From Chthoniobacterales bacterium (GTDB taxonomy: Bacteria; Verrucomicrobiota; Verrucomicrobiia; Chthoniobacterales; UBA10450), in contig DATMPQ010000166.1 of NCBI GenBank assembly GCA_035567015.1, positions 1-52,185 on the forward strand: DNA of 52,185 nucleotides, read 5' to 3'. The notes beneath the pieces were generated by a model. It worked only from the letters and a program-made list of their open reading frames with translations. It ran no database searches and had not been told where the DNA came from. This document shows positions 38,101 to 45,965 of the stretch, piece after piece. The translations under genes were made by a program, and so were the position numbers. Position 1 is the stretch's first letter, and each line of letters opens with the position of its first letter.

Positions 38101-38130
38101 AACGTGAAAAGAGATGCGGGGCGTCGCATC
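38101..38130 (-). terminator. Candidate terminator for the esterase gene
   Basis: GATGCG...CGCATC hairpin (38113-38130) followed on the minus strand by TCTTTTCACGTTTTT. Confidence 0.4.
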
Positions 38131-38170
38131 CAAAGGACGTTTTGAAAAACTGAAATGCCGAAAGCTGATC

Positions 38171-38231
38171 CTCCTTCGCGCAAGGCTTCCATCTTCGCTG
38201 AAGCTACGGCGTGACAGGACGGCGCGACAAG
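38171..38231 (+). repeat. Tandem CCTTCGC...GCTACGGCG-GACAAG family element
   Basis: ctccttcgcgcaaggcttccatcttcgctgaagctacggcgtgacaggacggcgcgacaag. Confidence 0.6.
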
Positions 38232-38245
38232 AACGCTGAAATCGA

Positions 38246-39031
38246 CTAGTAGTGCGCGCCGACGTACGCCCACATCTGGTGATGCCAGTACGGCCATTCG
38301 TGTCCGCCCTCCGCGCCCCAGTCGTCCAGATGATGAGCAATGCCGCGATTCCTTAGGATCTCGGACATTCGATAGGTCGGCCCGCTGTTCTCCCATGGAC
38401 CACAGCCGGTCACGAGCCGGATGTCGCAACTCGCATACTGATCGAGAAACCAGGGATCACTCTGGTTAGCGATATAGTCGACCGGGTTATTGAAGTAAAA
38501 GTTGTCGTCGTACATCCCGTCCATGGAGTCGCGCATGTCGTAGATGCCCGAAAGCGCATAGCAGCGTTTCACGTGGTCGGGATGCTTGAAGAGAGTGTTG
38601 GCCGCGTGATAGGCACCGAGCGATGCGCCCAGCGTGGCAATCCCGATGCCCGGCGTCTGGCACTGGGAGTCAATGAATGGGAAAACTTCGTTCGCCACAT
38701 AGGCGTCGTATTGTGCCTGCATCCAGCTGCGATGGAAGGGGTGCGCTCCGTTGTTGGAGAACGAATCGCTCTGCACGCCGTTGATGCAGAAGATTCGGAT
38801 TCGCCCCTGCTCGAGGTAGGGGCTGAGGGTGCCGATCATGCCCTGACCTTCCTGCTCCCACTCGTCGCCAGCACTCGTCGGGAAGGCGAGGATGGGCGCG
38901 CCGTAATTGCCGTAAATGGCGACGCCCATGTCCCGATTGAGACGGTGCGAGTACCAACGCTGATGGTCACGATGCATGGCTGGGAAGGATAGCGGGTGGG
39001 CGGCCGGGCTCAAGTGCAGTTCCACGAGCAC
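38246..39031 (-). CDS. Esterase family protein (alpha/beta hydrolase, esterase D / putative-esterase type)
   Basis: GASLGAYHA nucleophile elbow (GxSxG), plus FPTSAGDEWEQEG and WPYWHHQM blocks. Confidence 0.7.
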   Translation of the reverse strand: MLVELHLSPAAHPLSFPAMHRDHQRWYSHRLNRDMGVAIYGNYGAPILAFPTSAGDEWEQEGQGMIGTLSPYLEQGRIRIFCINGVQSDSFSNNGAHPFHRSWMQAQYDAYVANEVFPFIDSQCQTPGIGIATLGASLGAYHAANTLFKHPDHVKRCYALSGIYDMRDSMDGMYDDNFYFNNPVDYIANQSDPWFLDQYASCDIRLVTGCGPWENSGPTYRMSEILRNRGIAHHLDDWGAEGGHEWPYWHHQMWAYVGAHY

Positions 39032-39076
39032 GAGAGATTTCGGCGGCGCGTCGGTGCTCGAAGCGACGATGTGAAG

Positions 39077-39107
39077 AAAAACGGCCGAACGTCTTCACGT
39101 TCGGCCG
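39077..39107 (-). terminator. Rho-independent terminator of the 39168-39632 gene
   Basis: 10-bp perfect stem CGGCCGAACG / CGTTCGGCCG with a 6-nt loop, followed on the minus strand by TTTTTC. It lies 60 nt after the stop. Confidence 0.7.
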
Positions 39108-39167
39108 CTGTTAATTCAACTTATCGTCGGCAGAAAATGCGCAGGCATTTTACCGCCGAATTACAGG

Positions 39168-39632
39168 TTACGACTTGTCGTAAGCTAAGGTGCTCGTGAC
39201 CTTCACGCCCTTGGCGTTCGTCATCGTGCTGGTAACCGTTCGGCTCTTTCGATCGGCGGCCACGACGATCGTGCCGTCACCAACAGTCTTGCCATCCTTC
39301 TTAGTCACCATCTCGATGGTGTTTTCATCACTCTTCTTGAATGAGCGTTGATCGGCCTGCGGATCGCCGGTAATCGCATAGAATTTGCCGTCGAGCTTTC
39401 CGCTCCACTCGCTGTGAGTTTTCTTACCGTCAGCGTCAGTTCCATCGACCGTGCATTTCTGCTGGCCGCCAACTTTCTCCCACACCACGAGCGTGGTTTT
39501 ACCGGCCCCGTCGCCGAAGGTGGATTTGCTTTCGTTCAGTTTCCACGTGCCCAACGTTGGGTTGTTCGCGAAACACATTGCGGCTGCCGCGACTGAAAGC
39601 AGCACGCCCAAACCAATTGCTTTTGTTTTCAT
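39168..39632 (-). CDS. Small secreted beta-rich protein of unknown function (lipocalin-like GTWKLN start)
   Basis: Signal peptide MKTKAIGLGVLLSVAAAAMCFA, then NPTLGTWKLNESKS, with its own terminator. Confidence 0.6.
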   Translation of the reverse strand: MKTKAIGLGVLLSVAAAAMCFANNPTLGTWKLNESKSTFGDGAGKTTLVVWEKVGGQQKCTVDGTDADGKKTHSEWSGKLDGKFYAITGDPQADQRSFKKSDENTIEMVTKKDGKTVGDGTIVVAADRKSRTVTSTMTNAKGVKVTSTLAYDKS

Positions 39633-39903
39633 TATTTTTTCTTTTCTATCTAAGTACGGGGGAAAACCCCGTGTGTTTTGAGTGGACCATGCCCAATGTT
39701 TAGACCGCGACGAACAACGGTCGTTGCTATTGCCGCCGAACCGGTTGAGAAACCGGATGCTCGCTTGCTGGGCGTTAGACCCCGATAGTCCACGCTACCG
39801 GTAAGTCAATCGGTTTCACCGAACTATCTGATATCGCGGTGCGATTTTAGATATAAAGGAACTGGACGGGTGGTCGCGTCTAAACGTTTAACATGGGGCG
39901 CAT

Positions 39904-40031
39904 TCACTCCTTCGCGCGATCGCACTCTGGCGCTCGCAAGACGTATTTCTGAATTTTGCCGGTCGCAGTCTTGGGAAGAGTTCTTTGATGAAGCTGACGC
40001 TGTGCGGCGCCTTGTCGGCTTGTCTGACCAT
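39904..40031 (-). pseudogene. Orphan, frameshifted 3'-terminal fragment of an AMP-binding acyl-CoA synthetase gene
   Basis: The minus strand reads MVRQADKAPHSVSFIKEL then, after a 2-nt shift, PKTATGKIQKYVLRAPECDRAKE*. ELPKTxTGKIQKxxLR is the classic C-terminal signature of the family. Confidence 0.6.
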
Positions 40032-40080
40032 AGCGGTCTCAGCTTAATTGTGCGTTGACGATTTAGCTGAAGCGAGTGCC

Positions 40081-40145
40081 CAGTGACGGGTGCCAGGTGA
40101 CGAGTGACGAGCGGATTCCAGAGGTCAGAAGTCAGAGGTCAGCAC
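40081..40145 (+). repeat. Word-repeat cluster (GTGACG(A/G) and GTCAGA(A/G) units)
   Basis: cagtgacgggtgccaggtgacgagtgacgagcggattccagaggtcagaagtcagaggtcagcac. Confidence 0.75.
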
Positions 40146-41033
40146 TCAATGAGTTAACTGACAGTCCGGCCATGTGGGTGAGTCGGGTGCGTTGAGGGAA
40201 CTCATCGGTGCGGGCACAGGCACGGTTGGATCAAGCACGCCGATGCGCTTGTTAACCCAGTGCGTTTGGTAGGCCCAGGCGGGCAGCGGCGCGGCCTTCG
40301 TCGTGCACGACCAGTTGTTGAAGTGGAGGTTTACCAGATAAAAGTGCCGCCTCAATTTCCGTAACACCTCGACAATTTTCGGGTCGTCGTATCCGTGCAT
40401 CTCCATCGAGATTTGTGGAATCGACGCCAGCAGTTCGTCAGACGTCGCGAGGAGCGCATCCCATTCTGCGCCCTCGATATCCATCTTGATGATCACGCGC
40501 CGGCCCGACTCGGGCGGATCGCCGTTTTTCCGCATCTGGTTTTCGAGCGTGTCGAAGAAGCGCGATGCCCGCTCGCCGGTCCGGTCGCCGATGCATTCGT
40601 TGTGGAATATCAGCGTGCCGCCATTGCAGGTCGGCCGCGCCGGATCAAAACAGTCGTACTCATGGACCGGAACGTGATACCGGCGCGACACCTCGCATCC
40701 CCAGTCATCGTTACTGCCAACGCCGTAGGAATAGGCCGCATCGATCGGCTCGATCAGGTTCTCGCACATCAGGTATCCGCCATCATTCGCGCTGCCGAAG
40801 CGTTCCAGCGTGCAGTTTTTCAATGTGACCGGCTGAAGCTCGGCCAGAATTGCTTCCCGCAATCTGCGCCCGCGCGCTTCGCGCACGAGATCAGCAACGA
40901 TCAGAGCGCCGAGCGCGAGAGCGATAATGACAAATAAGAGGCGAATTGAGCGATGTTTCACCAGTGAAGCGGACTCAAGAGATCGAAAGGGGGCAGGCTG
41001 CCTTCGGCCAAAGCTCTTCGCCAAGTTTCTCAC
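40146..41033 (-). CDS. FkbM-family methyltransferase with N-terminal membrane anchor
   Basis: FGSANDGGYLMC and IIKMDIEGAEWDAL blocks (Methyltransf_21-like). TM LLFVIIALALGALIV. GTG start. Confidence 0.65.
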   Translation of the reverse strand: MRNLAKSFGRRQPAPFRSLESASLVKHRSIRLLFVIIALALGALIVADLVREARGRRLREAILAELQPVTLKNCTLERFGSANDGGYLMCENLIEPIDAAYSYGVGSNDDWGCEVSRRYHVPVHEYDCFDPARPTCNGGTLIFHNECIGDRTGERASRFFDTLENQMRKNGDPPESGRRVIIKMDIEGAEWDALLATSDELLASIPQISMEMHGYDDPKIVEVLRKLRRHFYLVNLHFNNWSCTTKAAPLPAWAYQTHWVNKRIGVLDPTVPVPAPMSSLNAPDSPTWPDCQLTH

Positions 41034-41078
41034 TGTCCGTCAATTCAATGCAACCTAATATTTAAACAATTACGCGAC

Positions 41079-41160
41079 ATGACGAGTGACCCGCCGCGGC
41101 GGGCAGGCTATGTGACCAGTGATGAGTCGGGAGCTGAGAGCTGATTGTTGAGAGTTGAGG
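41079..41160 (+). repeat. Word-repeat cluster plus CCCGCCGCGGCGGG palindrome
   Basis: catgacgagtgacccgccgcggcgggcaggctatgtgaccagtgatgagtcgggagctgagagctgattgttgagagttgagg. Confidence 0.7.
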
Positions 41161-41263
41161 GATGAACCTTTCTCGAAAATCTGGCAGCGCGATCATTACA
41201 CTGACGCCGGGTGAAGCGTCTGATCGGGCGATTGTCACGGCTTACGCATTGTCACTCTCAGAG

Positions 41264-41400
41264 GAAGTTGATTGTTGATAGTTGAGAGGTTGAGAAAAAG
41301 CGGAAAACTGAAAACTGATTCGGAAGTGACGAGTGACATGTGACCGCGTAAAGCTGCGCCAAACCAGCGTTGAGAGGTTGAGAAGTTGAGAGGTTGATGG
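41264..41400 (+). repeat. Word-repeat cluster (GTTGAGA/GTTGATA, CTGAAAA, GTGACGA units)
   Basis: gaagttgattgttgatagttgagaggttgagaaaaagcggaaaactgaaaactga...gtgacgagtgacatgtgac...gttgagaggttgagaagttgagaggttgatgg. It creates a false N-terminal extension of the next ORF. Confidence 0.8.
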
Positions 41401-41456
41401 ATGGTGAGTTTTATTGGTCATCCGAAAGCCAAAACAATTCTTCGAGACAAACGCGC

Positions 41457-42236
41457 ATGAATAACAAAATGAAGATCGTTGTTATTGGCGGCACCGGGCT
41501 CATTGGAGCAAAGGTGGTGAGCTATCTTCGCCAACGCGGCCATGAGGTAGTGGCAGCGTCACCTTCTACCGGTGTGAATACGATCACGGGTGCGGGATTG
41601 GCGGAAGCGTTAGCGGGCGCTCAGGTGGTGGTTGACGTGGCGAACTCGCCCTCCTTCGAAGACAAACCTGCGATGGATTTCTTCGAAACGTCAGGTCGCA
41701 ATCTTCTTGCCGCGGAAAAGGCCGCCGGCGTGAAACATCACGTGGCGCTGTCGGTCGTCGGCACCGATCGCCTGACTGGAAGTGGGCCCGGTTCCTTGAG
41801 TGGTTACTTCCGCGCAAAGATGGCCCAGGAAAATCTGATCGAGGCTTCCGGGATTCCGTTTACGATCGTGCACGCAACGCAGTTTTTCGAATTCGTGAAG
41901 AGCATCGCTCAACCGGCGGTCGGCGGCGCAACGATTCGGTTATCGTCAGTCCTAATGCAGCCAATCGCTTCGGATGATGTCGCTACCGCAATCGCAGAAG
42001 TAGCCCTTGGGCAACCGGTGAGTGGCATGATCGAAGTGGCTGGGCCTGATCGAATCCGGCAGGATGAACTTGTCCGGCAGTATTTAAGTGCGACGAGCGA
42101 TACTTGGAAGGTGGTCACCGATGACAATGCGGGCTACTTCGGCATAAAGGTGAACGATCAAAGCCTCGTTCCTGGAAATAATCCCCGGCTCGGTCCGACG
42201 CATTACGAGGACTGGCTCAAACGTTCCGCAGCTTAG
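41457..42236 (+). CDS. NmrA-like / atypical SDR NAD(P)H-binding protein
   Basis: MNNKMKIVVIGGTGLIGAKVV Rossmann start. Start set at ATG 41457 (alternative 41469). Confidence 0.75.
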   Translation: MNNKMKIVVIGGTGLIGAKVVSYLRQRGHEVVAASPSTGVNTITGAGLAEALAGAQVVVDVANSPSFEDKPAMDFFETSGRNLLAAEKAAGVKHHVALSVVGTDRLTGSGPGSLSGYFRAKMAQENLIEASGIPFTIVHATQFFEFVKSIAQPAVGGATIRLSSVLMQPIASDDVATAIAEVALGQPVSGMIEVAGPDRIRQDELVRQYLSATSDTWKVVTDDNAGYFGIKVNDQSLVPGNNPRLGPTHYEDWLKRSAA

Positions 42237-42372
42237 GGGAAACTCAGCAACGAAATAGGAACAGAAAAGATGGCGAACTTTAATCGCCTTCGCTTTCGCT
42301 CAGCAACCGTTCCATCAGACGATCGTGAGGGGGAAACCGGGGTCGTATCTAAAGACTCAAGATTCACAGAAC

Positions 42373-42489
42373 GTTGAGTCGTTTAGCGGTTGAGGAGTTG
42401 AGTCGTTGAGCGGAAAACTGAAAAACTGAAGAAGAAGTGACGAGTGGCGAGTGAACAAGAAGTTGAGTCGGTGAGGAGTTGAGTCGTGG
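42373..42489 (+). repeat. Word-repeat cluster (GTTGAGTCG, CTGAAAA, GTGACGA/GTGGCGA units)
   Basis: gttgagtcgtttagcggttgaggagttgagtcgttgagcggaaaactgaaaaactgaagaagaagtgacgagtggcgagtgaacaagaagttgagtcggtgaggagttgagtcgtgg. Confidence 0.8.
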
Positions 42490-42504
42490 GCGCTTGATTG
42501 GAGG

Positions 42505-42972
42505 CTAGATTTTTTCCCAAGCCCGCTCGGCCACAGGGTCCCGGTCTTCGTCGAATTCGATGTGGTCGATGAGGGTTTCGATCGGTTTTCCGGTGAGACC
42601 GCTTTCCTGGATGCGCTGGGGGAGAACGTGGCTGCGTTCGTCGCGCCAGCCAAGCTTGGCGATGAAGCGGTTCCAGACGTGGCATTCTTCGTCGGTGCGC
42701 GGCGTGCCGTGGGCATGCGCCCACGCCAGCACGGCTTCATCGTTCTCGCCGGCGAGCGCGCGACGCTTGATCTCGGAGTAGGAGACGCCGAGAAAGCGGC
42801 AGCAACGTCCATCGAGGGTGAAGAATTGCGCGTCGCCCAGGTAATCGTGGTACCCGGGTGGAAGGTGGCCCGCGGCGCGGAGGCGGATTTTGTCCAGCAT
42901 CCGCCCGAAATAAATGAGGCGCCCTACTTTATCGTAGCAACTGCGCAGGCCAGGAACATTCGGCATGACCAA
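42505..42972 (-). CDS. DUF5069-like protein
   Basis: The VPGLRSCYDKVGRLIYFGRMLDKIRL N-terminal pattern is recalled as DUF5069. 155 aa, soluble. Confidence 0.5.
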   Translation of the reverse strand: MVMPNVPGLRSCYDKVGRLIYFGRMLDKIRLRAAGHLPPGYHDYLGDAQFFTLDGRCCRFLGVSYSEIKRRALAGENDEAVLAWAHAHGTPRTDEECHVWNRFIAKLGWRDERSHVLPQRIQESGLTGKPIETLIDHIEFDEDRDPVAERAWEKI

Positions 42973-43061
42973 ACGTCGGTCAGGGCAGGCGCGGTTTCCA
43001 GCTTTGAAATTGGTTAGACGGGCAAGGGAAAGAGGAAATCGGGGTCGTATCTCTAGAAGAA

Positions 43062-43098
43062 GGTTGATAGCTGAGAGTTGAGAGACGGAGGTCAGAAG
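43062..43098 (+). repeat. Word-repeat cluster
   Basis: ggttgatagctgagagttgagagacggaggtcagaag, preceded by GGAAATCGGGGTCGTATC (43034-43051). Confidence 0.7.
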
Positions 43099-43158
43099 CC
43101 GGAAAGCACGTTGTTTCAGGTGAAAACAATGTCGTCCCCATCACTTGGCCACATGCGA

Positions 43159-43785
43159 TCACGACTTCCGAATTTCTTCGACCTGGAGTTGAGCAAATCC
43201 GTCGCGAGCCGTTTCCTTGCCTCTGATAGTAACGGTCTTGGCCGCGTAGTCAGCCAACTGCGCGTTCACGGACTCTCCGGGTTGGGCGGTCAGCAAATAA
43301 ACCTTTCCATCTTGAGCCTTGATTCCAACGGGACCACCGTTTCTGATGCACACTCTCGCGCACTCGGCGTGATCGGGACCGCTCAAGTGGTAGGCGATGT
43401 AGCAAGTCATATCGAGCACTTCGCCAGTCACCAGAATTTCCTGCGCGCCCGCGACAGAACGGTGGGGGCGCTCCGACCATTTCATCAGCAGCGCCGTGAC
43501 ACTAGCCGAGATGAGGATGGCGGCAGCGAGCTGACCAATGCGCGACCAATCGCGCGGAAACGGAATCGGTCGTCTGCGCACAATTTTCTCAGACAGTCCG
43601 AGCGGCGGTTCGATTGCGCGAAGCTTCGACCGAACCGTATCGTAACACTTGGTTTGCTCTCGCAACCATTGGCCAAGCTCGGGATCGGTTTTGGCATAAT
43701 CCAACGCCGCGCGAAATTGCGGATCCGAGTCGTCGATCGTTCCTCGATAGAGAAGGAGGATTTCTTTGGCTTCGCGCGTATTCAT
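43159..43785 (-). CDS. Putative anti-sigma factor (single TM, periplasmic C-terminal domain)
   Basis: 4-nt overlap with the upstream ECF sigma gene. One TM helix (IGQLAAAILISASVTALLM) separates the N- and C-terminal domains. Confidence 0.6.
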   Translation of the reverse strand: MNTREAKEILLLYRGTIDDSDPQFRAALDYAKTDPELGQWLREQTKCYDTVRSKLRAIEPPLGLSEKIVRRRPIPFPRDWSRIGQLAAAILISASVTALLMKWSERPHRSVAGAQEILVTGEVLDMTCYIAYHLSGPDHAECARVCIRNGGPVGIKAQDGKVYLLTAQPGESVNAQLADYAAKTVTIRGKETARDGFAQLQVEEIRKS

Positions 43786-44297
43786 TTGGCCTGCTCAAGC
43801 GGCAAATTGGTTTCACTCAACCGGCGCAAAAGCTGAATTTTTGCGCGCGCGATACGCGACTGTACCGTCCCGAGCGGAAGCGCCAGGACATCGGCGATTT
43901 CTTTATAGGACAAATCCTCCATATAATAGAGCACAAGCGGCGCACGAAAATCTTCGCCGATTTCGCCCAAAATGCGAAGCAACGTTCGAGAATCGGCTCG
44001 CTCCGCGCAGTTCGCCGGTATGTTCGGCAAATCCCCCGTGCTTTCGTCGATTGATTCATCTGAAAAACGATTTCGGCGGCGACAGGTTTTGAGAAACTCG
44101 CGGTGCAACGTCGTGAAGAGCCAACTTTTCACGCTCGCCGCCTTCTGGAGCTGGTGACCTTTGTTCGCCCAAATGTAGAAAGTCTCCTGCGTCAGATCAG
44201 CCGCATCGGCTTCGCTTCCGGTCAAACTCAAGCCAAACCGATACAGATCGCGATAGTAAAGTCTCACAAGATTTTCAAACTCAAGGTCGGCGGACAT
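43782..44297 (-). CDS. ECF-type RNA polymerase sigma-70 factor
   Basis: Region 2 LYYRDLYRFGLSLTGSEADAADLTQETF and region 4 EDLSYKEIADVLALPLGTVQSRIARAK. Confidence 0.85.
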   Translation of the reverse strand: MSADLEFENLVRLYYRDLYRFGLSLTGSEADAADLTQETFYIWANKGHQLQKAASVKSWLFTTLHREFLKTCRRRNRFSDESIDESTGDLPNIPANCAERADSRTLLRILGEIGEDFRAPLVLYYMEDLSYKEIADVLALPLGTVQSRIARAKIQLLRRLSETNLPLEQAK

Positions 44298-44315
44298 TTC
44301 GCCGTTATCCCAAAA

Positions 44316-44344
44316 TGGGAGTCCTCAGGTGGCCATTTGTTCCC
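44316..44344 (-). promoter_or_regulatory. Candidate ECF-type autoregulatory promoter (GGGAACAA-N16-TCCCA)
   Basis: The minus strand reads GCGGGAACAAATGGCCACCTGAGGACTCCCA, ending 19 nt before the sigma start codon. Confidence 0.45.
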
Positions 44345-44414
44345 GCAGCTGACAGAGAAAAAGCCGCGATCCCACTGCTTTTTCGATCAGACCCTAAAGT
44401 TTTTTTCAACCGGC

Positions 44415-44443
44415 GGGAACAATTGTGATTCTCATGCATCTGA
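44415..44443 (+). promoter_or_regulatory. Candidate ECF-type promoter (GGGAACAA-N16-TCTGA) for the 44503 operon
   Basis: The plus strand reads GCGGGAACAATTGTGATTCTCATGCATCTGA, 60 nt before ATG 44503. It has the same GCGGGAACAA -35 as the divergent promoter. Confidence 0.5.
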
Positions 44444-44502
44444 TCAATGACAACCGTGATATCTGCACAACCCAAAAAAATAAACACAAGAAAGGCAATC
44501 GC

Positions 44503-44946
44503 ATGAGCAAATCCTTAGTAATTAGTATTAGCATCGCTCTATCCACGCTATTCAGTGGCGTCTGTTTTGGCCAAAGTGACGCTCCTTATACAGAGGGGCC
44601 GGTCTGGTCAATAACAATGGTCAGGACCAAGCCGGGAATGGAGGATGATTACCTTAAAAAGCTGGCCAAGATATACAAAGCCACTAATGACGAAGAGAAG
44701 AAGCAAGGCATAATCATGGATTACAAAATCCTCTTTGGTAACGCTTCAAGTCCACACGATTTTGACATTTTAATCATGACTGAATTTAAAAACATGGCTG
44801 CGTTCGATGGATTGCGTGAAAAAGAAGATCCAATCGTCAACAAGATATTTGGTAACGCGGATGTGCAGCGTCAGGGCGCAATTGAACGGATGGAGGTTCG
44901 GGAAATCCTGGGCGATAAGCTGATGCGTGAGATCACGCTGAAATAA
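44503..44946 (+). CDS. Small secreted protein of unknown function
   Basis: AAAGG RBS-like sequence and signal peptide MSKSLVISISIALSTLFSGVCFG. 147 aa. Confidence 0.55.
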   Translation: MSKSLVISISIALSTLFSGVCFGQSDAPYTEGPVWSITMVRTKPGMEDDYLKKLAKIYKATNDEEKKQGIIMDYKILFGNASSPHDFDILIMTEFKNMAAFDGLREKEDPIVNKIFGNADVQRQGAIERMEVREILGDKLMREITLK

Positions 44947-44979
44947 CTGAACGCAGCCCAATTCATTCACGGTTAGCCG

Positions 44980-45948
44980 ATGAGCGACTGGCAAATGAAT
45001 TTGAATCCGACACGATCGATAGTTGCACTGTTGTTACTGTATGCGGGCGGCATGTTCGCCCTCATCGCTGCGCTGGCGAATGAGCCGGCGGCGGAGAAGC
45101 CTGCTGCTGGCAAACCGGGGAACGTATTCCGCGATTGCCCAGAATGCCCGGAGATGGTGGTAATCCCCGGTGGTTCGTTCACGATGGGCTCATCGGCGTC
45201 GGAAAAAGTGTGGGCAACGCAACACGGCGCTTCAGTCGAAGCGGTTTCCGATGAAGCCCCTCAACGTACTGTCAATGTGCGGGCGTTCGCGATTGGCAAG
45301 TACGACGTAACACGCGCCGAGTACGCCGCTTTCGCTCGCGAAGCTTTCTACCCGCTCGGTGATGGATGTGGCAAAGACAGTTTCAAATGGAACAAGCAAC
45401 CGGATTTGAATTGGAAAAATCCAGGATTCAATCAATTCGACCGCGACCCGGTCGTGTGTGTCAGTTGGAATGATGCGCAGGCTTACGTGTCATGGTTGAA
45501 CCACAAATTACACAATGACGCTTCAACCTCTGGCAAAGGACCGTACCGATTGCCAAGCGAAGCTGAATGGGAATACGCCGCGCGGGCTGGAACGACTACG
45601 AGCTTTTGGTGGGGCGACGACGATGCTGCTGCGGCTGGTCACGCCTGGTTCAAGAACAATTCCGATGGTCATTCGCATCCTGTCGGAGCGAAGGACGCGA
45701 ACGCGTTCGGACTTTACGATATCGTCGGGAACGTCTGGCAATGGACGGAAGATTGTTACGCCGAGAACTACGCGAAAGCACCGACGAATGGCAGCGCGAG
45801 CGAGAGCCCGAATGGTTGCATGCGGGTTGATCGCGGTAGTTGCTGGTTGTTTCGGAGCTGGCTTTTGCGCTCAGCCACGCGGGAAAGAAATCCACCTGAT
45901 TTTCGCGACGTCATCATGGGATTTCGCGTCGCAGAGACTCTCCCCTGA
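44980..45948 (+). CDS. Formylglycine-generating enzyme (FGE/SUMF1) family protein
   Basis: YRLPSEAEWEYAARAG, GNVWQWTEDCY, RVDRGSCW and GFRVA blocks, with an N-terminal anchor. Confidence 0.85.
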   Translation: MSDWQMNLNPTRSIVALLLLYAGGMFALIAALANEPAAEKPAAGKPGNVFRDCPECPEMVVIPGGSFTMGSSASEKVWATQHGASVEAVSDEAPQRTVNVRAFAIGKYDVTRAEYAAFAREAFYPLGDGCGKDSFKWNKQPDLNWKNPGFNQFDRDPVVCVSWNDAQAYVSWLNHKLHNDASTSGKGPYRLPSEAEWEYAARAGTTTSFWWGDDDAAAAGHAWFKNNSDGHSHPVGAKDANAFGLYDIVGNVWQWTEDCYAENYAKAPTNGSASESPNGCMRVDRGSCWLFRSWLLRSATRERNPPDFRDVIMGFRVAETLP

Positions 45949-45965
45949 AATCACAGATCAATTTT

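Noticed and set aside
40081-43098. Possibility that the repeat clusters are a CRISPR array.
   Set aside because: The units are 6-8 nt in irregular tandem with no 25-40-nt repeat/spacer periodicity, and there are no cas genes.
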